Assembly (NCBI GenBank): GCA_040954595.2
Contig: CM082582.2
Location: 930,001-994,000 of the forward strand
Reading direction: 5' to 3'
Origin: Balanoglossus misakiensis
Lineage: Eukaryota; Animalia; Hemichordata
DNA length: 64,000 bases
Shown: piece by piece, positions 1 to 12,109 of the stretch
Numbering within the stretch: position 1 is the first letter of the stretch
Layout of the letters: every line of letters starts with the position of its first letter
Program-made: the position numbers and the translations under genes
The notes under the pieces: generated by a model
What the model saw: the letters and a program-made list of their open reading frames with translations, nothing else
The model's database searches: none
Told to the model about the DNA's origin: nothing

Positions 1-215
1 TTTATTATAAAACACCTATAGCCTGGCCTATATTCCGGCCATAGCGGCCGTTTTTACCCCCTAGTGACTGTGAGTTACCAGAATCATAATGCTATTTCCC
101 TCGGCCTACGGCCTCGGGAAATAGCATATGATTCTGGTAATTCACAGCCCCTCGGGTGTAATACACGGCCGCTATGGCCCTCATGGCCAGGCAATAGGTG
201 TTCACTATAAAACAA
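1..215. mobile_element. Palindromic (fold-back) non-autonomous element, left end possibly cut by the window edge
   Basis: 1-60 is an imperfect reverse complement of ~155-212. Central hairpin GTGAGTTACCAGAATCATAATGCTATTTCCC / GGGAAATAGCATATGATTCTGGTAATTCAC around the loop TCGGCCTACGGCCTC. Confidence 0.7.
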
Positions 216-249
216 ATAACCCCATTCAGGATTGCAACAGCCGCAGTGA

Positions 250-650
250 TAGCTGCAATGATTGTAGCGGGTGCTGCTAGGTACATTACCACTACAAGGC
301 CTTGTGTGTAATTTTCCAATCAACTTTCGGTTGTCAGCTCAGTTACGGGGTTTAACTCTTACCTCCGATAACATTTGAAAACCGAACGGGTGCATCCCCC
401 CAAAAAAACAACTCTGACGCCGAAATTTCCCCCAAAATTGTCCTGCTTACATTAAAAAAACGATAAAACCACTGAAGTTTCGCCGATGTTTACAAACTTT
501 GTCCGCCATGTTTGCTCAAACATGGCGGAACACATAACTGAGCTGACGACCGAAAGTTGATTGGAAAATTACAGACAAGGCCTTGTAGCGGTTATGCTGC
601 ACACCAGTCAACCAAGCAGCACCGGCCGCTACAATCATTGCAGCTACCGC
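250..650. mobile_element. MITE-like element with ~100-bp inverted repeats
   Basis: 288-344 (ACCACTACAAGGCCTTGTGTGTAATTTTCCAATCAACTTTCGGTTGTCAGCTCAGTT) is the near-perfect reverse complement of ~536-592. TAGCTGCAATGATTGTAGCGG (~251) pairs with CCGCTACAATCATTGCAGCTA (~626). Confidence 0.7.
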
Positions 651-912
651 AGTGATTGCCCCATCTGTCAGTATGACCTACAACACTGCAACTTGACTAA
701 GGTTTGTACAACAGCCATCAAATACTGGCCAAGGACTACAACTGAAACATTGCCCAGATTAGTAGTGACCCAGGTCACACTGACAGAACAGCCTTTTAGC
801 CGGTATCCGAAAGCCTGAAACCATCCAAACCAGCCACACATTCCAGAGTTTGCAACAAATGACCTTGTGACCAGCCACACTATTTCCCATGATTCAATTG
901 GCATCACTGGAA

Positions 913-1278
913 TACTCTGGTCCCTTCCCCAAACCCACTGCTGGCCACGTTACACTGGGGTCAGGTACGTCCCGATATGCCCAGAAACCTGGGCAGACCA
1001 TGTGATCATAAACAAGATGGATGCCTGGAATAACCGTATGCCAGTCAAGATTAAACCAGCCAGTTTATGTTGTTTCATTTGTCGTAAAGTTGGAAATCGA
1101 ATGGTAAACATTCTTGGAGGTGAAGGAGAGAACGTGAAATGAGTATCTAACAAGAACTTAACACTTTAATGCTCGTATTAATTGACAAATGAGAGCCATG
1201 TTTACAATAGGCCACGCCTGACCCTTCCCCTTTAGCGTAGCGCATCCAGCGATGGGATTGGGGCAGGGGACCAGACTA
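913..1278. mobile_element. Non-autonomous AcademH-like DNA transposon
   Basis: TIRs TACTCTGGTCCCTTCCCCAAACCCA / TGGGATTGGGGCAGGGGACCAGACTA. 9-bp TSD TCACTGGAA (904-912) / CCACTGGAA (1279-1287). TAG..CTA-type ends with a 9-10 bp TSD are the AcademH signature. Confidence 0.65.
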
Positions 1279-2079
1279 CCACTGGAAGTCCTAAGACATA
1301 ATCATGTTTTCAGTAATATACTGGCACACAGTCATGACCTAGCACAATCTTCCCTGACAGAGTTGATAAAAATTGATTTATTTGCAAACTAAACTTGTGA
1401 CTAAATGATGTCATTGTTACATTATGAAAACCATTGCTGTGATCAGCAAACTACTTTCATATTCATTATGACGTTTGCAATAGATAATCTGAGTCACTCT
1501 AGTTTTGTTCAAAATGTTGCAGAATAACCACAGAAATAATTTTGGACTCAACATTACATTGAATTCACATTACAAAGTTTAATGATTTGCTTTTAGTATC
1601 TAATTTACATTACAAAACAAAAACAACATTACACGTGATGAAAGACAACAAAATCACCAATACATGACAAGAAATAAGTCTAACCATGCTTTAGAAGATC
1701 TAGAAAGAATTGAACAACACTAAACAAAGGAATTAACTCAAAGTTATGACGGCCAAAATAAGACGCGGCACAACAAAGGCATCACACACTAACACAGTCT
1801 GGGAAGTGTTACTGTTAACAAGAAGTCCTGCTTACCAGAAATAGCAAGATAAAAACAATAGTATTAACGCAATATATTTCATTTGTACTGCAAAAAAACA
1901 AAGTTTAAATTTGCATTAACGGTGAAATAGCATAACACTGATCTCACAAGGAATTTCAGATAACAGAACTGCTAATTTACATACCAACGTAATCAAATTT
2001 TATGTTATTTAAATAGTATCAGATTTGTTCCCAAACAAACCTTCCTCAGGCAGTAGTGACAAACTAAACCAACATTTAC

Positions 2080-2295
2080 ATTTACGACTGTTTTTAATTT
2101 TGTCTTCGTTTCAGACTTTATTTATACAATACTCAATGAGATTTTGACCATACAGCTCATTTTTATTTTCCACCTACATTTTGCTATTTTTAGATCCCTG
2201 AAGAAGATCCTCAGTGAAGGATCGAAACGTTGGTAGAACAAGTTTTTAACAATAAAACTTTTTATGAAACCCGACGCTTGTCTCCTCATCGAACT
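2080..2295 (+). mobile_element. Penelope-like retroelement pseudo-LTR remnant with a minimal hammerhead-ribozyme core
   Basis: CTGAAGA-A-GATCCT-cagtga-AGGATC-GAAAC-GTT at 2198-2231, followed by AATAAA. Flanked by the direct repeat CAACATTTAC (2070-2079 and 2296-2305). Confidence 0.6.
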
Positions 2296-3117
2296 CAACA
2301 TTTACGTTGGAGACACTCAAAACAAACTGGGCATAGTCTGTCAGCATCAAAGCTTATAAAAATCCAATGTAGGGCAATGTCAATAACTACACTATACAAT
2401 ACTTCTTTGAAGTTGCATCAAACTAAATCTGACAAACTCCAGTAGAAGCACCCGTTCAAAATCTCTCACTTATCTCGACCAGTAGACCAATCAGCAGGCA
2501 GAATAGCACAGCATGAAGTAAAAGACGTCGCTGTACCCTGCATCTAATTTTATCACATTACTAAGCATCCTACTGCATGGGTCCAGTTGGCAATGGCTGA
2601 TATATCTGCTGGGGTCATACGAGCTGTATCTAATTCGATCAAGCACAAAAGACAGAGAAGCACTTGCCTGCGAATAAAGACAATAGCATTAGTTATTATG
2701 ACTACGGTGTAAACATTGAATAGAGATCATTTACTAAGTAAATTGACAAAAACAAAACTTAAGCACACACAACTAACTACAAACAATCCAAATTATTCAA
2801 GCAGAAATTAGTTATCGACACTAAGCCACATACAAACTTGTTTGTACGTACACCACATTGCAAAAAGTGTCAAACCTGTCTACAGTGACAATACCTTAAA
2901 ATACAAATTTGGACTATCTTAGCATGGCTGTCACACGTAGAAAAACTAGGCAGTTTGAACCAACCCCGCCCCCCACCAAAAATGACTTTAGCGTTCAGGC
3001 TACAAAATAGAAAACCAAATGTATATTTGGTTAAAAGCTGTGACTGATCACCTAGTCCTGTAAACAACAGACAATTTGATCTGCAATTCAAACACGTTCA
3101 ACATTTAGTCATCTAGT

Positions 3118-3812
3118 ACGGCGTTCTCACTGGCACGTTTACACCGGTGCTACACCGGTGTAGATTTGACACCAACGGAAAAATACAAGTAAGAACGCTT
3201 TACACCGGTGTTGGGCCGGTGTTAATTTGCGACGGCAATGGGTGGTGGGTCAGGGCCAGTGCTGGGCCAGCGCTCCGACGCAAATATGCAGTGAGAACGC
3301 AAAGATAAACAAACACCGTTCAAAAGCGCAACCCTGCAGTGACTTTTGGGTATTTTTTATTAGGTATAGGCTATAGCCCATTGTCTTTGGTCAGTTTCCA
3401 TTGTGAAGTCAATCACACTGGACGCGAGTGTTCGCAGTTTGCCAGGTCTGCAACACATCTGTCTGCTACCAACTTTCAGAAGGTTCTCTCGATCACCGAA
3501 AAGCTGAGGCATTTTCCATTTATGGATTAACATACATTTACTTCTAAACATTATCAAAACTGTCACAAAGTCGTCTAGAACGCATATGCAGGTATAGAAA
3601 CTGAAACATGTCGCTGTAATGTCCTCGACGTCCTCAATTTTGTTAGTTGCTGTGTTGCTAAACATGACAATTTAGACGGTGTTTATTTCAAAACAGTGGC
3701 CAAAAGTTTAGTGTGTGGACGCACAGAGATTCTGTGGGCTAATCCCCTGTGTTTGCAGAGAGTAAACACTGGCATAACACCGGAGTCGAAACTTTTAGTG
3801 AGAACAAGACTT
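3118..3812. mobile_element. Degenerate PIF/Harbinger-like MITE
   Basis: Ends GGCGTTCTCACT ... AGTGAGAAC, with internal repeated TACACCGGTG and AGTGAGAACGC motifs. Confidence 0.45.
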
Positions 3813-3819
3813 ATGATAC

Positions 3820-4560
3820 GGGTCCTACACAAAACATTAATTAACATGGTTCAGAAACGACTTAGATCAAATACCATCTTAAAAATAAACGTGTGGACAG
3901 TGTAAGTGGTCCTGAAACGGCTTAGATATGAGACGGCTTTGCCAGCCAGATCACAGCTGGTGTAAGGATTAACAGCGACCCAAAAAGAATTGTCTATGTG
4001 ACTGAGCCTCAGTGCCAATACATTAGCTATCTGTGTGTGAACAAAACGTGACCCAAACGAAAAATGCTCTGTGTAAACAATAGACAAATTGTGTCTCAAA
4101 TTAATCTCTGTGTAAATCTGGTATATGACTGTAGCTGTATTATATAGGTTGTTCACATTGCTCAAAAAAAGGCTAAGCCCTTGTCCAACACACCTATCGG
4201 GCCCAGCAGAAAAACAGGTGTGAACAGGTCTGGCTGGCCATTGTCCGGACAACTTTGTGTTCCATTCAAAACGGGCTGTCTGTGGCCGACCCTCATCTCA
4301 GCCTGGTGTGTGTGGACAGGTTTTGTCCAAATCTGGTCCTAGTTGACACCCTTTACAGTTCAGATCATCAAACAGTGTAGTTTACCAATTGACAATGGTG
4401 AAAATTGTATAAACAACTAGAGAAGGACCAACATGGTTCTCATTTATAAGGTCAAATGTTGTTGAGACGGTGTTGGCCAGTACTAAGCCAAACAAGATGT
4501 GAACGGGAACTCAAGATTACCAGTAGCTTATCTTGTCACAATCATCAGTGGCACCTGCTG
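3820..4560 (+). mobile_element. Two adjacent Harbinger-like MITE fragments (interspersed repeats)
   Basis: 3820-4110 matches 62195-62495 (same strand) and 26800-26987 (opposite strand). 4230-4550 matches 26460-26770. Confidence 0.6.
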
Positions 4561-4579
4561 ACTGAAATAAATAGGACCA

Positions 4580-4778
4580 AATTTATTCCGCAAAATTTGG
4601 GTGACCTCCAGTGGCCTTCAACATACTTTACTCTATATCAGCACCAAAAATACGTACAACATTGTTACCACATGAGATAAAACACCTGATAGAGCATTAT
4701 GTTTCTTTTCATTCATAATGTGCATAAACAATTCGATATCAGCGCTTGGGCCCAACAATGCTGCTTGCAGCTTTAATT
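4580..4778 (+). mobile_element. Isolated Helentron/HINE 3' end fragment
   Basis: Ends in TCAGCGCTTGGGCCCAACAATGCTGCTTGCAGCTTTAATT (subTIR + GCTGC/GCAGC hairpin + T tail), as in the arrays at 14-58 kb. Confidence 0.8.
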
Positions 4779-4789
4779 ATTATTATTAT

Positions 4790-5540
4790 TATTTTGATTA
4801 CAGAGGTGGGGTTTAATCTTGCCTTTGCATATGTTTATCCCTGTCCTGTTGCATTGGGCTTGTATCTATGGTAACCTATTATCAGCAGTAAAGGCCACAA
4901 CTATGAAACAGTTTTAATATCAAGCACTCTCTGAATTACACGGCCATTCTCATTGGTGTATATAGTGTAGTCATGTTGTATTTTACTGCAACTGATGAAA
5001 GTCTCCTAAAAAAACAAATGTGTCTTTACCCACTGTGCACAGAGTATTTGAATGATACTCAGTTGATGGTCATATAGTATAGCGCCCTCTGCGGTAGTAT
5101 TTTGATTATGGAGGTGGGGTTTAATCTTGTCTTTGCATATGTTTATCCCTGTCCTGTTGCATTGGGCTTGTATCTATGGTAAACTAATTATCAGCAGTAA
5201 AGGCCACAACTATGATACAGTTTTAATATCAAGCACTCTCTGAATTACATGGCCATTCTCATTGGTGTATATAGTGTAGTCACGTTGTATTTTACTGCAA
5301 CTAATGAAAGTCTCCTAAAAAAAACAAATGTGTATTTACCCACTGTGCACAGAGTATTTGAATGATACTCAGTTGATGGTCATATAGTATAGCACCCTCT
5401 GTGGTAGTATTTGGATGATAGGGGAAGGGGTAACCTACCTTTTCTATACATGTATATGGTTATCCCTCTTCTATTGCATTCCGCTTGTATCTATGGAAAC
5501 CTAATTATCAGCAGTGAATGCCAAATTGTAAAACAGCAAC
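4790..5540 (+). repeat. ~310-bp tandem repeat (2 full copies plus a partial third)
   Basis: ATTTTGATTA..GAGGTGGGGTTTAATCTTG recurs at ~4790 and ~5099, with a diverged start at ~5409. Inverted relatives lie at ~10780-10950 and ~11055-11320. Confidence 0.85.
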
Positions 5541-5676
5541 ATATTTATTATCAAACACTGTATGGAATTGAATATACACAATATGTTTTGTGTGTTTGCT
5601 GGCTACATACATGCATAAATACGTACATACATATATTACACTCATACTCAAACACACAGCTAATGGACTCTTTTTT

Positions 5677-5753
5677 TCATCATCCCCACCAGTTATCGAA
5701 CCTGGATCTCTTATCACAAAGTGACAAGTGTGTTAACCATTACACCATGAGGA
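5677..5753 (-). pseudogene. Degenerate copy of the tRNA-like sequence at 10138-10211
   Basis: Reverse complement reads CCTCATGGTGTAATGGTTAACACACTTGTCACTTTGTGATAAGAGATCCAGGTTCGATAAC. Flanks on both sides are shared with the 10.1-kb copy. Confidence 0.6.
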
Positions 5754-5904
5754 TTTTTTATCTCCACTAACTGCCAACACACTGTCCAATTGCACATTCA
5801 CTCACTGACATATTCAACTAACACACCAGTTTCTTTATTTCAAAAAGTACACAGTAAAACATCACAAATGACAAGACAGGGGTATCAGGAATCACACAAA
5901 TCAT

Positions 5905-7515
5905 ACTCAAATTTTTACTGAAGCCATTGCTGTAAGATTGCTGTAAGTAATGGCACTATTCAATGGTGTTAACACCACATAGCACAATGATGTACTGCAC
6001 ACATTCAAGTCACATACCTTTTTGAAGTATTAATAAACACTGATTCTATGAACTGTTAAAATTATTTTTTCTTACATCATCCCTGAATACCAAATTTCAA
6101 ACAAATTAGGCTAGTGCTTTCACATGTTAACACACAATGCATGGCACTGGACAATCATCCTATCCGATCTGAAACCTCAGTGTCACTTACCACAAAACTA
6201 AACACGTTATCTACAAATGATTTACGAAACTAATTCGTACACGACACAATACACAATTGAGTGTGTTGATCTCTTAGTTTGTACATGATACTTTGCACTG
6301 ATGTACACCAACACTCACCTTGAGAACTCTTTGGTAGCCAAAACTGTCAAGAAAATAAACAAAACTTTTAAATTAAATCATTAAGTATAATTGTGTATTT
6401 AAACAAGTACATCAAGATATACACTTGCCTGCATAACACGCACCTCTCAATAGCCATAATGTATCAATGTCGAGATGACATCACTCCAAGTACAAGATAG
6501 CGAATGATGATTTTTTTTACAATAACCCCACTACTTAAACAGGACAACAAATTACAATGAATTCACTATCAACCTTGTGATATTCAGAAAATCAATTCTT
6601 GGTCACATAAATTGTCCTGTCCACAAAATGGTTTCATGGCATCAAAATATGTTAACAAGTCAACTCTACTTTTCATGCTCCAACCAGATTTCATTGTCTA
6701 TGTTTTTAACATGCCTGTCACGACTAGAAAGCATACACACTAAACAGAGTGGTCACCAGCATAATTTGGCCAATTCTCTGCTTGTCCTCACATTCTTACG
6801 AACAATTCAAATGTCAAATTATCTAGCAATGTTTCTGTTATGTACTCACACAGATTGTTCCATATTTGAAGCAAATAATTATCAAAAACAAATTGATTAC
6901 CCTGATATAAATTCCAATGAAAACCTTAAGGCTTTTGGTCATGTAAACATACAATATTAACAGAAAAAATAATGGAAAATACAATCCATTTTTACTACTG
7001 TTTATTTTTTGACAAATACATATAAGAGACATGGAAACTATTGAAGTACACATCCCAAAATAATATCCTACCACTGCTTGTACGTTTCATACACACGATA
7101 CAAGACCGATCGCCCGAATTCAGCAGATTCACTTGCCTAAAACCGTTTCTAAATAATCATATGTACCTGTATACACTCCAAAAATAAGCTTAATTTCAAC
7201 TTGTATGGAATGAAATAGAAACTCCGATGTACCCAGCCTCTGATGTTTCTATTCCTTCAAGCAAACTTCACCATCTTAACATATATACAATTTGCCAAAA
7301 CATGCATACAAACGACACCCTTTCAGTATATAACGACAACCGCCATATTGGATGTCGCTCGACACGAAAATAAAAAAGCCTGACAAAACTGCCATCGCCT
7401 CATACACAATTAAAATCACACTACCATTGGATAAAACACAACTACATAACCAATACCATCAACTCTTACACGTTCAAACCACCGATTCTGTCATTTATAC
7501 TCATTTAAAAATAAC
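5905..7515 (+). repeat. Diverged copy of the Helentron leader/promoter region at 42270-43830
   Basis: Collinear shared blocks, e.g. AACACCACATAGCACAATGAT, ACACTCACCTTG..AACTCTTTGGTAGCCAAAA, GTTTCATGGCATCAAAATATGTTAACAAGTCAACT, ACCGATCGCCCGAATTCA, CCGCCATATT. Confidence 0.8.
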
Positions 7516-8203
7516 CACGAGAATATACACATATCCCACTAACCTATATTCAGCTGCTGAACAACAAGAGCACTTGATTCGTTTTCGGATGTGACTACGT
7601 GCAACAACATACGCATCACCATCACATTCGCGTTGGGATTCAAGACAGTTTCAATATCTCAAGAAGCAATACAACGAGAAGACCTTCTCGGGATTTTATG
7701 CACATCTTGTTGGATATCGCTGCCAAATGTCCACAGATGATAAAACATGATACCAGAATGTTGTATTGGGGACAACCATCAAATGTTCCCGTGCCAGCGC
7801 CCTCTATATTCTAGAAACCCTGGTATATCTCAAGAAACATTACCATTTTTAATTATTTTTAAAAGCAAAAGTAAGTTGTCATTTTATTTGTACAATTATT
7901 TCTCTATATTAAACAAGTATACATAAACACTAAAACATGTTTTGCCATGTTAACATAAATTTATGACCATTTTAAAATACTATATAGCTTATATTTATTA
8001 AAGTACAAATTCAGATGTTTTTCATTTTTAACCATTTCCACAATCAAAATGAAAAAAAAAATCGCATTAATAGTAGATTGGGTTATATTGGATATCATTA
8101 TGTAAAACTGAAGAGTCACTATGGCATGGAAACTACTGAGATATGTGGTAGAAAACCAAAATGCCCAACAAATATACACAGTGTGTGTTGTGTGTTAGAT
8201 AGG

Positions 8204-8237
<34 letters not shown>

Positions 8238-8372
8238 CATACATACATACATACATACATACATACATACATGCATGCATGCATGCATACATACATACAT
8301 ACATACATACATACATACATACATACATACATACATACATACATACATACATACATACATACATACATGCAT
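8204..8372. repeat. (TACA)n microsatellite
   Basis: Direct reading of the sequence; explains the spurious YIHT/MYVC ORFs. Confidence 0.98.
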
Positions 8373-8844
8373 GCGCCCTGTATTGACCAAATACCGTCGT
8401 GCAAGCTCATGTACAAGCTATTTCATTATGCCTGAACAAAAATTGACCAAATTCTACTGTTTATTATGATTCATTCTTCGAAACAATTCATCTTCTTGCC
8501 ATATTTTATTTGTTCATATAACACATTTTGAAGAAAAGTTGTACAAAGACTACAATATACTAATGGGCTATATTCTCAAAACAGATATATTACCACAAAT
8601 ACTACTAGGGATTGTGTAGTGGTTTCTTTCTCACTATAAGACATATGATATCTGATATCAACCATACAAACAATATCAATCTTCTTACACACATACATAC
8701 ATTCATACTTACACAAAAAGCATAAAACACCAATTTATTTTATATAGCCTTATATTAATTTATTTCAATTGTGAAAATAGACACACATACAAAAAAGAAC
8801 AGAAAAACAATCACAGTATCTGGTTTATGAAATAAAAAAGACCA

Positions 8845-9175
8845 AACAAGCAATTGCTTCCGAAATAACATATTCCACATTCTGTCACAAATTGAGCAAA
8901 TTCCAGTAAAATCAACCCCAAGGACCTACACACTAAATTTCAAAGTAATTGTACAAAGAATTTAACTAAACACAACTAAAATTGATCAAAAATTACACAT
9001 TTCACCACAATTTACATAAACTCTACCAACTTCACCCTAGGAACCTGCATACTAAATTTCAAAGTAATTGGCCCCGTGGTTTCAGTAAAGAAAAGTGACA
9101 GACAGTGACACCACTCACCCAATAAGACAATCACCCAATCTAATAAGCTCAACATAACTGACAACACAGCTAAAC
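8845..9175 (-). mobile_element. Old HINE/Helitron-like element of a different family
   Basis: Minus-strand start TTTAGCT..GAGCTTATT (hairpin-like), duplicated ACTAAATTTCAAAGTAATTG subrepeat, and an end AAGCAATTGCTT-GTTT (palindrome plus T tail). Confidence 0.4.
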
Positions 9176-9439
9176 AGTTCACCGACAATATAAATACAAT
9201 TGTGTACATTTCACAAATGACAATATTAGCCTTTTAGTCACCTCTGACTCTAATGTAAAGTACATTATGGTAACTGTTCATTGAAATGTTTCTGGGAAAT
9301 GTTTACTAAGGCTATTTAATATCTTCTAGTTTTTTTTTATAACACATGGTTTCTCTTGCAATTCCTCCTTCAGTAAACAGGATAAACTTTCTACACCATT
9401 ACACTTATATGCTACTGCCAAATGGAAGTAATCTAATCC

Positions 9440-9480
9440 TGTAGTAGCTATAAAGCAGCATTGTCAGGGCCCAAGCAACA
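9440..9480 (-). mobile_element. Degenerate Helentron 3' end, minus orientation
   Basis: Reverse complement GCTTGGGCCCTGACAATGCTGCTTTATAGCT resembles the family 3' terminus GCTTGGGCCC..ACAATGCTGCTTGCAGCT. Confidence 0.6.
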
Positions 9481-9629
9481 TGATGAAAAAAGGTGAAAGC
9501 ACACGTTATAGTTACTCAAACTTTTACCAGAAAATTTTGATAGATCATATTGGTTCACGTCCAAGCAAATCGGACTTCTAACCATATTGGTTAGCTTACA
9601 ATTTGATAAGTATATAAATTAAAGGGACC

Positions 9630-9905
9630 CTTTTCCATTAATTATGTTTGATGCAAGACACCATTTATGTTAATGTACATGTGGATATATAGTGAATCAA
9701 CATTCAACAACACACACTGCTTGTAGACACGAGAGTGAAAAATCTTGCCAAAATGAATAATTGGTCTTTACCATTTATTCATTTTGGGCGAGTTTTTACT
9801 GTCATATCCTACAAACGGGATGGAAGCTGTGTGTGGTCGAACGTTAATTCACTATATATCCACATCAACAGTCTCTTGTATCACACATAATTATTAAAAA
9901 AGGGC
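9630..9905. mobile_element. Palindromic fold-back non-autonomous element
   Basis: ATGTGGATATATAGTGAAT (~9679) is the reverse complement of ATTCACTATATATCCACAT (~9847). Central hairpin AAAATGAATAA..TTATTCATTTT. Confidence 0.7.
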
Positions 9906-10137
9906 AGCAAAGAGACTTTCTGCCTTTAATAAGCTAATAAAAGTGTTAGACTGCATTGGCTGCTCTATAATACCATATAGCAATGCAGTAACTCCTGTGG
10001 ATGCCAATTTCTGACTCTCTGTTATTTCTCACATGCATTTGTGAATTTTTATTGAAATAAAAAAACTGGTGTGTTGAATATGTCAGTGAGTGAATGTGCA
10101 ATTGGACAGTGTGTTGGCAGTTAGTGGAGATAAAACA

Positions 10138-10211
10138 ATCCTCATGGCGTAATGGTTAACGCACTTGTCACTTTGTGATAAGGGATCCTGGTTCGATTCC
10201 TGGTGAGGATG
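10138..10211 (+). pseudogene. tRNA-like sequence (pseudo-tRNA or SINE head) with an extended anticodon arm
   Basis: Acceptor ATCCTCA/TGAGGAT, D-stem GCGT/ACGC, A-box TGGCGTAATGG, B-box GGTTCGATTCC. The anticodon arm is 19 nt (CTTGTCAC-TTT-GTGATAAG) and the T-stem has one mismatch. Confidence 0.65.
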
Positions 10212-10245
10212 ATAAAAAAGGAGTCCATTTGCTGTGTGTTTTCCA

Positions 10246-10431
10246 TGTATGTATGTATGTATGTATGTATGTATGTATGTATGTATGCATGCATGCATGC
10301 ATGCATGCATGTATGCATGTATGTATGTATGCATGTATGCATGTATGCATGTATGCATGTATGCATGTATCTATGTATCTATGTATCTATGTATGCATGC
10401 ATGTATGTATGTATGTATGTATGTATGTATG

Positions 10432-10465
<34 letters not shown>

Positions 10466-10476
10466 TGTATGTATGT
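10246..10476. repeat. (TATG/CATG)n microsatellite
   Basis: Direct reading of the sequence. Confidence 0.98.
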
Positions 10477-11339
10477 ACCTATCTAACACACAACACACAC
10501 TGTGTATATTTAATTCCACAATGCTTGATACTAAAACTGTCCACAAAAAAACATTTGTTTATAACCCCTAAGTGCTTGTCTTCCACACTTACCTTCTCTT
10601 GGCATTTATTTCCACAGATGATGCAATACTGCTCGTCTCTTCATCCTGGTCTCTTGCGCTCCCCTTTTTACTCTCCCTGAATGCTGACAACACGTACCGT
10701 CTCATTGTTCAGTGGATATGCCTTGCTGTCATCTGCATCTGCTCCCTCAGTACCCCCTTCTCCCTGGCACAATCATCCAAATACTATCGCAGAGGGCGCT
10801 ATACTATATGACGATCAACACAATATCATTCAGATAATCTTTGCACAGTGGGTAAATTAAGCATTTGGTTTTTCACGAGACTTTCATCAGTTGTACTAAA
10901 ATGAAATGTGTCTACACTATACAAATGACAATGGCCTTCTAATTCAGAGACGTTGGGAAGGACTAGTGAGCACATACAGCAAATCAGAAGGCCCAAAATG
11001 GCAAAGTTGCATGATTACTAATGGGAATCAAAGAAAACACAGGGTATATTTAATTCCACAGAGTGCTTGATACTAAAATTATTGCTGTTTTACAATTGTG
11101 GCATTTACTGCTGATAATAAGGTTACCATAGATACAATTGGAATGGAACCGGACAGGGATAAACATATAAAGGCTAGGTTAACCCCCCACCCCCTACCAC
11201 AGAGGGCGCTATACCGATCATCAAGTCAGTACCATTGACATAAATCTGTGCAGAGTGGGTAAATTAGGCATTTGGTTCTTCAGATTTTCATAAGTTGCAC
11301 TAAAATGCTATGTGGCCCACTACAAGGACAAATAAGTCA

Positions 11340-11991
11340 AAAATGGCAAATTTGATATTTACTTTGAGGTTGACATGGGGCAAAGGAGACAATACAAGAA
11401 CACTGAAACTCAATTAGTGAAACATTAAAGTTGTACATGTACTTTATTTCTCTAACAAACTTAGAGAAAATTTACATGGCCATCTTTTTACTCAGAGAAC
11501 TGATGTTGAAAAGAAAACAATGTTACATCATAAAATTGAAATCCTACATGTCACTAATTTCTGATTTTCACAAATGTTCATAAAAAAAACTTGTTCTCTG
11601 CAAACCTTACCCCCCCCCCCCCCCCTCCTATTGTCGGTGCTTCTAATGTAACTCTCAATTTTTCCCTAAGGTGTTAAAAGAACGAAATGGTGATGATATG
11701 GTAGAAGGGATATTTGAGGGAATAGACATAGATGAGTAAGTATTAACTGCAGTACTTGCTTCCACCAATTTCCTATCATTTTGTGTACATGTTCACGTCT
11801 CTGTGTCTTACCAATCACATTCTGTCCTTTTTATTTTTTTCTAGAAGTGGCATCTTCTGTGTCAGACGGCAAATACTTACAGTGTCCCACCTTATGCCAG
11901 ACCTTGGGTACAGAGGAGGCCATATTAGAAAACCTGCCAATGCATGTACACTACTCTATCAATCAAGAAATGCAACAGTCACAAAGATTGA
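11340..11991 (+). pseudogene. Decayed spliced gene remnant, probably the C-terminal part of an OB-fold protein
   Basis: AG/GT-bounded exons 11671-11735 (VLKERNGDDMVEGIFEGIDID) and ~11845-11991 (SGIFCV..; EEAILENLPMHVHYSI..; NATVTKIE, spread over shifted frames), with compatible phase at the junction. An upstream fragment reads FEVD..RTLKLN. Confidence 0.45.
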
Positions 11992-12109
11992 GTAAGTTAA
12001 CTAAACCAAAGCAATCTCCACCCTGCAACTTCCCCAGCACTTACTATCTGCATGCAAGTTGTGAACTTTTAATTTAGTATTCATTACAGAAACATTTCAG
12101 TCCTACAAT

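Noticed and set aside
4990-5025. CTGATGA..GAAA-like motif in the 310-bp repeat (also ~10870-10890, minus) as a hammerhead
   Set aside because: No stem II can form between the motifs and GAAA is not conserved among copies.
10138-10211. Functional tRNA-Lys(TTT) gene
   Set aside because: 19-nt anticodon arm, no U33, a T-stem mismatch and no oligo-T terminator directly downstream; kept as tRNA-like only.
8015-10680. YIHT/MYVC-repeat ORFs
   Set aside because: Translations of (TACA)n and (TATG)n microsatellites.
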